A DNA stretch of 61,136 bases, the filler included, from Bonamia ostreae (taxonomy: Eukaryota): assembly GCA_040357525.1 (NCBI GenBank). It is 13 parts of 13 records of this genome, joined end to end, with 100 filler letters (N's around TTAATTAATTAA, not from the genome) between each part and the next. Parts side by side here need not be neighbours in the genome. Positions count along the whole stretch, not along the records: positions 1 to 4,655 come from JBDODL010000282.1; positions 4,756 to 9,409 come from JBDODL010000283.1; positions 9,510 to 14,159 come from JBDODL010000284.1; 10 more parts are not named here. One strand, given 5' to 3'. This document shows positions 1-10,916 of the stretch, one piece after another. The position numbers and the translations under genes were made by a program. Position 1 is the first letter of the stretch; the number at the start of each line of letters is the position of its first letter. The notes under the pieces are model-generated. The model ran no database searches, had not been told where the DNA came from, and was given only the letters and a program-made list of their open reading frames with translations.

Positions 1-452
1 GGAGTGCCAGAGTTTGCCCTAACTTTGACCAAAAAGTCAAAAAGATTTTGTCAGAAATTTTGAAATAGCTTTTGCTCGAGGTTAGAATGGACGGCAATTC
101 GCGATTCTGTTTTTTTGTTAAAATTTATTTTTCGGTTTTGCAATGACGGACAAAAATTTAGTGAAATAATTTAAAAATGACAATTTGTCGAATAAACTTT
201 AGAATCTTTAAATTCTTCATTTATGCTTTCGGCGATTTTTGCTGGCGAAATATTTTCGTCTTCGATTTTTTTGATGCCAAATGACTTTCAACGCACAAAA
301 AAACTTTGACAAGAACTGATTTGATTCTTCCAAAGTTTTGAGGTGTCTTCAATGCGGCTTCTATTTCTTCCCCAAAATCTCCTCGTTGATCTTCTTTGAC
401 ATTGTCTTTAGAATCTGTTTATCTAATGAAAACCAATCTTATCCAAAGTCAT
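1..452 (-). CDS. Hypothetical protein, 5' part (3' end unresolved)
   Basis: ATG at 452. A 19-nt GTTTTC...AAACAG intron (415-433) opens the frame MTLDKIDSKDNVKEDQRGDFGEEIEAALK. No recognisable family. Confidence 0.3.
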
Positions 453-649
453 TTCGTTTGGCTAATTTTAAGTGCAGATTTGTAGTCGAATTGCTAAATT
501 TAAAAAATTATCTTTATGGACAAAATCCAAATAAGATATATCTTCGAAAACTGAGTGTTGGCTCGCCCTCAAAAGACGAGTTCAATCCATAACTTTTTCC
601 TGTTGTCGTTTCCAAGCTGACGTCAAAACGGGTGACGTCGGTTTATCTG

Positions 650-1445
650 AACTCCCAATTTGACTGATAATTGTCAATCAAGACATCAATATATTTTTAT
701 AAATGGGGAGATCTGAGTAAACTTGTTAAAAAGGTAATCAACTTTATATATCTCCCAGAGCTGACCGTCCCCCTTAAAAAGCTTATCCAAAATGACATTA
801 GTTTTGTTTTCCGCGCCTTCTCCCACACCCAAAAGCCTTCCATCAAACCCCTTTATCACATAACTTCCATTTTTCAGAACACTATTTTTTTTTGTAAAAA
901 CAGCTGAAAGTTCTGATTTCGGCCTCTGTGCAACAGTGGATAAGTTTTAAGAGCACCCGCTGATTTTTCCCAAGGCACATCCAACGCATATCCAGTGCTT
1001 ATTGAAGTTATCGCGAATTTGTCGTCTTTCACATTTTTTATTCTCCAAAATCTGTCGTTGTTTTTGGGATCGTTGGCCAAGAAGACAGTTTTGTTAGAAG
1101 GATTTGTTTGCAGTATTAGTCCGGTCGATTTTGATTTGATTACGAAGAACTCGGTCAAATCTGTCAATTTTTATTAGATAAAAATGGCTCGAAACTTTTT
1201 TTCATAAAATGCATTGCTTCGATGTCGCCATTCCAAGCGTTTTCTCCCCACAAAGGGAAATTTTGTTTCTCGTTGAGATAAATCGTTTTCGTGTTTATGG
1301 CATAATCGAACGAGGCACATTCTTTGTTGAGCAAACAAGCTTTAGCGCCTTCTTCGATTGTAGAATTTTTTAGAATACCGATCGTGTTTGAAGCAGAAAT
1401 TAGTCTGTTCCGCACAAATATGAATTTTGACAAATCGCGGGACAT
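650..1445 (-). CDS. PAN/apple-like domain + ricin-B (beta-trefoil) lectin domain protein
   Basis: Exon 1 has TIEEGAKACLLNKECASFDY (PAN-like). After a 35-nt intron come ricin-type repeats (IKSKSTGLIL..RFW; ITSISTGYALDV..NQNF), and after a 20-nt intron IKGFDGRLLGV..GQLW. 3' end uncertain. Confidence 0.65.
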
Positions 1446-1633
1446 TTTTCAGGAGTTTCAACAGATTAATGTTTTTTAAATTTGGCTTTCCGAGTTAAAT
1501 AGTTTCAAAAATTTTTAATGTAAAACTACAAAATTAAGGTTTCTAGACTTGTTATTTTTTTTAATAATAATTTGGTTTTTTTCATGATCATAATTTTTTA
1601 AATTCAAAAAATAAAAAAATCTTAAAAAATAAA

Positions 1634-3255
1634 TTATTTAATCTTGTCCAAAGCTTTGTCGATTGACAAAATGACTGAATCGATTACGATTTTGATGTTG
1701 TTATTTCCTAACTTTGAAGTTTGTTTTAATCCTTTTCTGTAAAAATTCAGTTTTCGGTAAATTTTGTCGGAATCCAATTTTAATCCCAAATCCCGCCAAA
1801 CTAACATCAAAATCTCATTTATCGGTTCAAAGTAATTTTCCAAAAACTGTTTTTTGAAATTTTTCGATAACTTGAAATTTGAAAAATTTTTCTCGATTTG
1901 GACAAATTTTGTTTTCGCAGAATCAGTTTGAACAAATTTAGTCCGTTCGTCAGAATTTTTTGTTTTGGCGGAAAAATCCAAAATTTTTTCGCCGCCAAAA
2001 TTTGCGATTTTGAAATTTAGTTCTTTCGAGAAAACAGAATCCGAGTTAGAAGACTGTATTAAAAATAAAGACTTTCTATTTGTTTCCGCAAAAAAAGATT
2101 GAGATTTTTCATATTTTTCCAAATCGGTTTCGTTTTCAATAAACGAAAATTCCTTTCTGTACAAGCGACCGATGTGTTTGTTGAGTTTAAAATCGATTTT
2201 AAACGGAAATTTAAGTTCGCTTTTAATGTCTATTTTTTTAAATCGCATTTTGAGAATTAAACTTTTTTTGAAATCGGTGATTTTTTGTTTGCTGAACAAA
2301 TTATCGTTCTCGAAAGATTGTTTTAGTGCACTTTTATCCGTTTTGTTCAAATTTGGATTGGTCAATTTGAATAGATTGCTTCGCACAAAATGATCCCAAA
2401 AAGTTTGGTCTGTTATCTTCAAAATGTTAGAAAATATTACTAAAATTGGACAAAAACCAAAATTAAAACCGAAAAATTTTGTCAAAAAGACTAAATTCGT
2501 GCTTTAAAAACTTTGCCATTTTTCTGACAAACGAAGAATTGGTGCATTAGAAACAAATCTTCGAATTTTATAAACGCGAAAAATTTGAATTTACTGAAAT
2601 TTGTTTTATAAAGATCGCCGTGCAAAATTTCTATATCAAAATTTTGGCTAAATTTTAAATTCGGACTATTAATCTCTTTCGTGTTTTTGTTTCTCAAAAA
2701 CTTTGTAATTTCAAAACAAACTTTTTCGAAATCGGAAAAATTTTGTTTTGACATTATTCCGCTTTCAACCAAATTTACAAATTTGGCAGAAGCTTTTTTC
2801 GGTCTTTCGGAACTAAAATTTATTGGGTTCTGTTGGTTATGGCAATTTGGCGATTTATCTCTTTGTTCCTTGAAACCAACTTTTGTCGTCTTCGACTTTT
2901 TACTTTTGGGTTTGTAGTTTTTCGATTTATTTTGATTAGAGCCGTTTTTAGAGCTCATTCTAAGGACAAAAAGAGTTTGCTGCAATTTTTTGATCCAAAC
3001 AGACAAATCCGACTCGCTCTTGAAGAAGAAATCTAGTCTTTTCGTGACTCCTTTTTTGTTGTCGAAAGCAATAAGAGCCTGAAAAGTGCTCCCTGCCGCA
3101 GAAAACACTTTTCTGCAAATTTTGATTTTTTCCGAGCGCAAAAACAATGTTTTTTCTTTGCATCTAAATTCGATCGATCTCTTAAAAATGCAAAGCTGAC
3201 CATTAATCCCTCTAAATTTAACCCCCATTGCTCTATGAACAATGTCCTCAACCAT
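1634..3255 (-). CDS. TFIIH p62/Tfb1-like protein (N-terminal PH domain + BSD-like motif)
   Basis: N-terminus VKFRGINGQLCIFKRSIEF...LDFFF resembles the p62 PH domain. Splicing ~2418-2511 gives QKNGK-ITDQTFWDHFVRSNLF, which resembles the BSD FW motif. Confidence 0.55.
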
Positions 3256-3400
3256 TATAATTTAAAGCTGTTTAGCTTTACAAATAATATATGGATATTG
3301 ACTAGTAAAACAATACATTTTTTAATTCGATTAAATTTATTTCTGAAATAAAATCAGAAAAGCATTAAAATGGAAAAAAGATAACAAAGGAATGCCAATT

Positions 3401-4384
3401 TTATTTATTGCTCAACCGTTTAGAGTCTTTTTCCATTCGCCGTTTTTCTTTAATGGCGTTCTTTTTGCTTTTTGCTCGTTCTTCCTCCAAACGCTTGTTT
3501 TTCAAACCACAGAGCGATTTGAAAACGAACAAAACCGCTCCGGCCATTAACGCGGAAATAGCGATGAAAACTGGTATCGGCAAATTCATCCCGACATTTT
3601 CGCCGAGACGGAAACGCGGCTTGAACTTCTTTTTCTCCTCTTCAAACTTTTCCTCTTCTTTTTGTCTTTTTATTTCCTCCGCGCGTTTTCCTTCGTTCTT
3701 CCGATTTCTGCGTTCCAATCGTTTTCGCCTTCTCTCTTTGTTCCGGATCTGCCGCATTTTCTCTTTTTGGTCCATTTCCTTCTTCCTTTGTGTCTTCGTG
3801 AGTTTTTCTTTCTCCTCGATGCGTCTTTTCGCTTTTGCTCTCTCGGCCTCCTTTTCGTCCGAAACTTCTTTTTCTATCGCCAATTTTTCTTCGATTGTAT
3901 TGGCCTTCTCAAAGCCGTTTTCAGCGAGGCGGCGTTCCACTTCTCCAACGCTCAGTCCTTCTAAGTTGTACGAAGCCAATTGCAGCGTAGCGAGATCTTC
4001 TACGTTCGCGCCGATGCCGAAGCCTTTGAGATTCCGGATGGCTTCGTTGTCGGGCGAGTGCTTGGTTGCGTAGTTTAAGAGGTACATGGCGGCCATCTGC
4101 TCGTTTTTGAATATCCGCAGTTTGGCGGGGTCCTCGCCGATGTCGCGGAACATGACGTGCGGATAATATTTCATGTCACCGCTGATGAAGTCGCGAATGT
4201 TTTGGGGCAAATTTGTTTTGCCGTGGAAGAAAATGGCGATTTTTACGGTGTCTTCTTTAATCGATTCCTGTTCGTTGTCGTCGTCTAAGTCGATTGTGTC
4301 AGCGTCGTTCGCTTCCGCGTCTGCGGTTAACGTGGCTGAGAAAAACAGCATTAGATAGCATATGAAAAGTTTTTTTAGCGCCAT
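3401..4384 (-). CDS. Sep15/SelM-like thioredoxin-fold protein with signal peptide, charged coiled coil and C-terminal TM; no CxxU motif
   Basis: Intronless 327-aa ORF. PQNIRDFISGDMKYYPHVMFRDIGEDPAKLRIF and YNLEGLSVGEVERRLAENGF match the SelM/Sep15 pattern. TM segment LPIPVFIAISALMAGAVLFVF. Confidence 0.6.
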   Translation of the reverse strand: MALKKLFICYLMLFFSATLTADAEANDADTIDLDDDNEQESIKEDTVKIAIFFHGKTNLPQNIRDFISGDMKYYPHVMFRDIGEDPAKLRIFKNEQMAAMYLLNYATKHSPDNEAIRNLKGFGIGANVEDLATLQLASYNLEGLSVGEVERRLAENGFEKANTIEEKLAIEKEVSDEKEAERAKAKRRIEEKEKLTKTQRKKEMDQKEKMRQIRNKERRRKRLERRNRKNEGKRAEEIKRQKEEEKFEEEKKKFKPRFRLGENVGMNLPIPVFIAISALMAGAVLFVFKSLCGLKNKRLEEERAKSKKNAIKEKRRMEKDSKRLSNK

Positions 4385-4655
4385 TTGACGAGAAAAGTTA
4401 TGTCGTTTGTCGTAACAAGTTTAGCAGAACCGATTGGCTAAATTTGGTTTGTTGAAAGTATTTAATTTCTGGTCCTTCGAACTTTTCCTGCGCGACAGTT
4501 GCAAAAAATTTTGTGGAAAAGAAGGCAGAAAAACATTTAAAAATGCTATATTTTGAATAAAATGGATTTGCAATTGCTACAAAAATGACTTAAAAAATTG
4601 CTACAAAAAATCAATTAGAACTACAAATCTAAATATACTTTTGGAATTTCGAAAT

Positions 4656-4755
4656 NNNNNNNNNNNNNNNNNNNNNNNNNNNNNNNNNNNNNNNNNNNNT
4701 TAATTAATTAANNNNNNNNNNNNNNNNNNNNNNNNNNNNNNNNNNNNNNNNNNNN
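4656..4755. other. Artificial contig linker N-run/TTAATTAATTAA/N-run (first of 12)
   Basis: The same 12-mer with stops in all six frames, flanked by N runs, occurs at 4700, 9454, 14204, 18946, 23679, 28401, 33117, 37824, 42523, 47196, 51864 and 56524. The intervening contigs are all ~4.6 kb, roughly decreasing in length. Confidence 0.97.
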
Positions 4756-4889
4756 ATACAAACTTAAATTTTCAAATTAAAAAGTGAATTCATCCTTATG
4801 TTCCCCCCTTCTTTTCAAAAAGGAATTTACCATTTTAATCAATAATAATTCTTATAAGATCGCTATATAACGGACATAATAAAGCTTTA

Positions 4890-5573
4890 ATGATGCTTAG
4901 TCAAATAATTTTTGTCTTTCTTTCTTTATTTCAAATAGTTTTGAATCTAGACTTAGTTCTCTGGGGCAAAAACCCGCGAACTTGCATTTCCGAACATTTC
5001 AAAAAAGACCAAGATATCGACATCGAATATGCGACGATCAATGCAGCTCAATTCGATAAAGGAGACTTATATTTCACCGTAACTGATCCTAAGCGATACC
5101 CCATTTATGCGAATGTCAACATTGTGGGAGGCTTCAAATCGACCGCAGAACAAAAAGGCGACTACCAATTTTGCTTCTCCGCAACGTCACTGTCAAGCAA
5201 AAACAGCAACAAGCAAATGGAGATCACAATCGAAATCCTCCAAGAGGACATCGTCGTTAAAAAGGAGCTGGAAAAGTTTGCCAAAGAAGAAAAGGAAATG
5301 GCTCCGATAATCAGAGAACTGAAAGCCATCGAACAGAAAATCGACCGGGCTTATTTTGACATGAGAAAATTGCGCCAATCGATGATATCCATTAACAGCT
5401 ATAACAGTTTTTAGTTATAACAGCCATAATTTAAAAATCCGAACTAAAATGAAGATTCGGCGAATTTCAGAGTGAAGCTACTAGGAATAGTGTCAGTTTT
5501 GGTGTTGTGCGCTCTCAGTTTTTTGCAATTGCGTTTTCTGAGACGTTTTTTCAGAAAGAAGAAGATCATTTAA
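4890..5573 (+). CDS. p24/emp24/TMED cargo receptor (GOLD domain)
   Basis: Signal peptide, GOLD cysteines (TCISE, YQFCF) and coiled coil. A 48-nt intron (5407-5454) gives SANFRVKLLGIVSVLVLCALSFLQLRFLRRFFRKKKII*. Confidence 0.9.
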
Positions 5574-5628
5574 TAAAAAGCAAAAAATTTTTGTAAATAT
5601 CAATTTGTACAATATCAGTCGATATTTT

Positions 5629-7143
5629 TTACTGATCGACTTTGATTTTTTTGAATACGGCCAAATAGGCTGAATGCCATTCTCCCCCACCGAATAGTTT
5701 CTTGATTTCGGAGACTGGCACCACTTCGACGGAATCGTCGTTGTACAAAAACCAGTTGCTCTCGTCCTTCTTCGTCCACGCGACGTAATGGCCTGATTCA
5801 GAATAAGGTCCTTGGTGCGTTATCAAGCTTTCCAACCGGTATCGGCCGGTTTCTTTTTCCTCTGAAATTTCTTTTTTTGAGAGCGATAAATCTGTTAAAA
5901 CTTTTTTTGAGTGCTTCTGTGCAGAAAGAAGTCATTTCGAGATCGCTGTCGACCGGAAAGGAAACCAGTTTCATGATTTTGGCTTTTCTCTGGATTTCTC
6001 TTTTCCAGTAAAAACGGACAAAATGGACGATCAAACAATCGGGCAATCGGTCGATTTTATTCGTTTTTATCCAGCTCAAGTCTTCGGTTGAGTTTTCGCC
6101 GCGTTTTATCAAGTTTTCGGAGAGACCGTCACTGATTCCTTTGAAGAGATGGTCTGTTTTCGCGTTTATGTGGCATTTTATCAACGAGAAATCTGTTTCG
6201 GTTTTCGTTGTGTTCTCGCTCTCGTCGGTGACGCATTTCGTTCTAGATTTTTAGCGTTCGAAAACATGGATTCCATTTTGCCGTCAAAAGTCGATGGCGC
6301 CAACTTGCCTAGTTCTTCCCGAATGGTGTTAACAATGAGGCCAAAACATTCTTCTGCGTCTTGTTGCTTGAAAACGCCATTATTCTCTTGTGCTCGAAGT
6401 TGCGGAAATGTGTTCAACAACATCTTTTTGATTGATAAAATAATCGAAATGGCTCAAATTATTAATTTTAAATTGTAATTTTAAAATTGTTAATTTAAAC
6501 GATCCAAAATTCCTTTGGCTTAACAACAGTTGGACTATTTTCCATCTTCGCAAATACTTTTCCCATTTCCACTAAGAGCAAATTAGCCTTATCAGACTTT
6601 TCGCTCTGTTTTGAATACAGAATCACGGCGTCCTTTATTTCAGTAATACTGAAGATCAATTGAAGCACGCTGTTCATATAACAAGTGTTCGAAATGTTTA
6701 TCAGCCCCTTCGCCGCTCCTTCCAAATGGTCTGTCTTCGTTTCGTCTTCAACAAATTTTATTCTTTTTACTGGTTGCTTTAGCGTCTTTGCGGATCCGAT
6801 CAGCAATATCTTTTGTCCCTTTTAAGATTTAAATTCTTTATATTGTCGCTTTGAAATTTTGTTAATTTTTCGTCTTTGCAATTTTGCCATTTCATCGTGT
6901 GCACAGATTATTTAAATTATTGTACAGTAAACTTCAACGAACGGAAATTAGAATAAAAACGTTTTTAAGAGCTTTGAGATCTTCTTCGGTTTTAATTTTC
7001 TTTCCAGAACTAACCAAAGTTTGTTTATTCACGGGCACGCTCGTCAGCGCATATATGCTATTTTTAAAATCCGCAAGTGATTTCTGTTTGTCGAGTACTA
7101 ATTTGTGTGTTTCCGGTCCGAATTTCAACGTTAGGTCAGTCAT
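5629..7143 (-). CDS. USP14: Ubiquitin-specific protease USP14/Ubp6
   Basis: N-terminal UBL, Cys box GLINISNTCYMNS, QQDAEEC, RFYWKRE..KAKI and His box HQG..SESGHYVAW. Four introns, including 6819-6960 and a 23-nt one. Confidence 0.92.
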
Positions 7144-7720
7144 ACAATGTTGGACGTGAAACTTAGTGGTTTGGCTAAATTAATATTCCATAGTTTAATC
7201 CCGTTTGATCGTAAAGTGGGTTTATTTCGGATTGAAGATAAATTATCCGATTAATATTTTGTAAATTTATTTTGGCATCGTTCGCTTAGAATCTACCGAT
7301 CGAATATTACAGTTAAAAAGTGGAAAATTGTATACAGAAGATTATTTTTATTTGTAAAATGGAAGATTATTTAGCGACAGAGTCAGTTAAGAATTTCCAG
7401 AAATCAAACTGAAAAACAAAGATTTTTATGCCGAACACACTCGATTGCGAATTATTAAACAATTTTCGTGTCATCTGATGAGGGCCGCACATTCAGATTC
7501 TGTGAGCCGCTTAAGACACTCGATATGATCTCGATTGCGCACGGAAATTCGGCTATATTCGCAGTAAATGACCCGATTTTCGCCAATAACAAAAAAAATA
7601 AACTTAACCAACTGTTATTCACCGATTTTTCTATGTTGAAAAGGTAAGCAGACTTTTTGCCTCAAAATTCTCCGAAATACAGCGAATCAAACTAACTCGA
7701 CCTTTTCATTTACAATAATA

Positions 7721-8172
7721 ATGAAGAGCAGTGCCGACGAAAAGGAACGGAAAAGGTTTCATCAACCATTTGTAGACTCGAAAGAAACAGACTTGCTGCA
7801 AGAGCCTCTCGCGAGAAGCACAAGAAGTATGTCCAGGAACTAGAAACCGAATCGGGCAAGATGCGCACTTCTATTTTTATTTTGCAGAAGAAAATTGACG
7901 AGTTACGATATGAGAATGCAATGTTGGCAAGACGAGTGATGAATCAGGGGCAGCAACGATTTTGTTTGCAATGCCGGGAAGGCGTCTCTCGAGACGGCGA
8001 TGAAGGCCAAAACAATCACCTTGCAGAACAGCAATACTACGAAAGATTAGACATGCACTCGCAAATGTTTAGAGCGAGATCTACTGTGAATGAAAGAGGA
8101 TACGGCAATGTATACAAAAACATGAACGTGGGTCAGTCTTATTTGTCAGACGAAATGTTTCAGGATTTCTGA
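7721..8172 (+). CDS. bZIP transcription factor
   Basis: Removing the 20-nt intron 7756-7775 gives KERKRLERNRLAARASREKHKKYVQELE followed by a heptad zipper (LE..M..L..L..L). Confidence 0.88.
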
Positions 8173-8198
8173 AACCGGTCAATGTGATTTTAAATCAA

Positions 8199-8280
8199 TA
8201 TGTACAACATTGTCAACAAAAATCGAAATTTATAAACTCTATGTACAACATTGTCAACAAAAATCGAAATTTATAAACTC
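8199..8280. repeat. ~41-bp direct tandem duplication between convergent genes
   Basis: tatgtacaacattgtcaacaaaaatcgaaatttataaactc occurs twice. Confidence 0.9.
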
Positions 8281-8304
8281 ATTTTGACGAATATGTCCAA
8301 GTTT

Positions 8305-9373
8305 TCATCTTCTGTTTAAAGTCTTCTTTAGTTTTTCTTTTTCCAAGAAATCAAGTACTAGTTTTCTTAAAATTTTTCTGTTCACTCTGCCATGAAAACC
8401 GACAGCATTCACTTTGACAGAATCGGCTCCTTCAACATAATCGAGTAGTTTGTCAAGAATTTTTTCGACAATAGGTTCTTCGTTATCGTATTTGCTCAAG
8501 TTCTCATCTCCTTTAAGCATTCTTTCGAATTTGTCAAGAATCATTTCTATAAAATATTCCTCTTCGCGATGATCATTATCGTCGTGAAGTTTTCCAAATT
8601 GATATTTAAAGTTTTCGCCAATGATTTTTCTCGTTTTGCTGCAAGTTGGTTCACTTGTAGATTTGTTGGGCTTCTCTTTACAGCTTAGTTTTCTTATTGT
8701 ACTAAGCGCATACTGGCAATTGGGTTGGTTTGCCGATTTTCCAGTGAAACCGAGTGGACGTTGTTGAGAGGTTCCAAAAATACCTCTCTCTTCTCTATAT
8801 TTATTGTTCGACGTTCCTTCTGATTTCGTCACTAAAGAATTGCTTTCAGCATAGCTGGGGATTCTTCTAAGCCTTCCCGAAAGATAATCATCAAGATTTT
8901 TAAAACTTGACGAGTTACTTAATTGAAAGTAATTGTAATCGTCTTTTAAATTCTTAGTTTCGTCAAAGAAGCCTTGTTGTCTATTCGAAATACTGTAAAA
9001 TTCTACATAGTTTTCATTTAAAAAAGGGCTGCTTATTTTCTGGGATATTTTTTCCTCGGGTTCTTCCTCATATCTTTGATTGTAAAAAAACGGTTTTGGA
9101 CCGTTATTGCAATAGTCATTAACATTTTTATTAAATTTCTTGTCATTGAGACTCCCGATTTCGCCTTTGTTTTTAGATAAAAGCCTATGAGGATTTTTAA
9201 AATAGTCGAAAATTCCAGTTTTTTCAAACGCGTCAGCTTTTCCATTATTTCTTAGTCTGCTTGAACTACCAGTACGATATCTTGTGCCAGCAAATCCTTT
9301 TGGATGATGTAAGAAAAGAAACCTAGCATCCCGGGTTTATCCGGTGCCCTGATTGCATCTTTTGGTTTACCAT
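8305..9373 (-). CDS. Hypothetical protein (~340 aa)
   Basis: ATG 9373 plus two short introns (26 and 19 nt) join into a long open frame ending at 8305. No family recognised. Confidence 0.5.
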
Positions 9374-9509
9374 GTCCCACAATCTTCTTTAGCGGGATTC
9401 CTGGTGTACNNNNNNNNNNNNNNNNNNNNNNNNNNNNNNNNNNNNNNNNNNNNTTAATTAATTAANNNNNNNNNNNNNNNNNNNNNNNNNNNNNNNNNNN
9501 NNNNNNNNN

Positions 9510-9769
9510 TAATAAAATTAACCTGAAACATCAAAAAGGGCAGCGTAATAGTAATAATTGGAAATTTGATATCGACATTTTTTGGCGTTTTGGTGCTTTG
9601 TTCAATATGTTTCGCATTTGCGTGCGTTTCCTTTTTCCCCTTTTTGTTAAGAGGACGTCGAAGCGATTTTAACAAAATTGAAAATATCGAAGAAACTGAC
9701 AAAGAAATCAGTAAAAATGATTTGAAGTTTTCAGTTATCGGTTCTGATGAAGAGAATAGTGAAAATTAA
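9510..9769 (+). CDS. C-terminal fragment of a single-pass membrane protein
   Basis: Hydrophobic ISTFFGVLVLCSICFAFACVSFFPFLL followed by RGRR and an acidic tail. 5' end cut by the linker. Confidence 0.45.
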
Positions 9770-9863
9770 ATTGCTATTAATTATGTCATTTTTAAATTAT
9801 TTAAATCTCAAGTATGTACAAAAAATTAAATTTGCGATGAATGTAGCCAAAGATTCTTTATTT

Positions 9864-10130
9864 TTATACACGGAAACTATTCTCAGTTTCGATTTCAGAA
9901 AGGTTGTAAATTTTTTCTAATTGGATTTGTCGGTTTTGAAAACATTTTAGACACAAATCGTAGTCGCAGAGATAACAACGAAATCGCGGGATTCTTTTAT
10001 TTTTCGACAAAAATTGTTTTCCGATTCCGCTTAAACATATTTTTTTGTTTTGTGAAATCGTTCCGTTGCAAAACCATCCGTTATCTCTTTTCGTTCCCAA
10101 AGGTATCAGTTCGTGGTTTCTTTCGCATTT
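9864..10130 (-). CDS. Cys/His zinc-binding (ZZ/C1-like) domain protein; 5' end unresolved
   Basis: KCERNHEL..GWFCNG...CLSG...RFRCYLCDYDLCLKC. Confidence 0.6.
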   Translation of the reverse strand, partial: KCERNHELIPLGTKRDNGWFCNGTISQNKKICLSGIGKQFLSKNKRIPRFRCYLCDYDLCLKCFQNRQIQLEKIYNLSEIETENSFRV

Positions 10131-10379
10131 TACAGGTATGTCACTCTATTTTTGTTGGCAACAACGATAATAAATAGTTGGAGCGATAACAATGTTGAAA
10201 TATATAAAATAAAGTGTTGGCCACGGCGATATAAACCTGGTTGTAACAATAATCGTCGCTTTCTGATTTCTCAATCGCTTGTCTATTTTCAAAACTAAAA
10301 GTTTTTCCCATTGTTACCAAAAAACCGAAAAGACTCTTTTCAATAAAACAGATTTTTTAAAGAGACTAGTTTAACCCGA

Positions 10380-10916
10380 ATGACATATCACAACGGATAT
10401 CACCACGAATACCAATGCGAACAGCCAATCGATTATTACGGCCAATGTTACGACCAGCACAAATTTCAGTGTGGACCGCCAGGTCCACCCGGTTGTCCAG
10501 GTCAACCAGGTTTATTGCTATTATAATCATTTTTCAAGTACTTTTTTCAAGTTTTTGTCGTTACCGATTATTTTAGAAGTACTTTTTTATTTATTCTGTT
10601 GCCGCCAATCATTTTTACAATTCGAAAAGGCTGCAGAGGACCAAGAGGATTAGATGGATGTCCCGGTTGCCCGGGAAAAAGAGGTTCTCGAGGATACCCT
10701 GGATGCTCAGGAAGACCTGGCTGTCCTGGAAAAACCGGTTGTCCCGGCCCCAGAGGACACTGTGGTTCAAAAGGCAAAAGTTGCCGCTGCAAGCGTTACA
10801 GAATAGTCTCCTCATCCGAAAACTCTTCTTCTTGCGATGAAAGCCACAGCGATGATTCTTGTTACTACACTTTACGCTGCAGAAAAAAGAACAAAAAGAA
10901 AAAATGCTCATGTTAG
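10380..10916 (+). CDS. Small Cys-rich collagen-like (Gly-X-Y) protein
   Basis: Intron 10510-10629 joins [12 protein letters not shown] to [12 protein letters not shown]..., giving 21 uninterrupted Gly-X-Y triplets. His/Tyr-rich N-terminus; KKKKCSC C-terminus. Confidence 0.8.

Noticed and set aside
3401-4384. Selenoprotein (Sec-TGA/SECIS)
   Set aside because: No in-frame TGA in the ORF.
7721-8172. HAC1/XBP1-type IRE1 unconventional splicing of the bZIP mRNA
   Set aside because: The 20-nt intron is an ordinary GT-AG intron upstream of the basic region, and no paired CNGNNG stem-loops were seen after the zipper.
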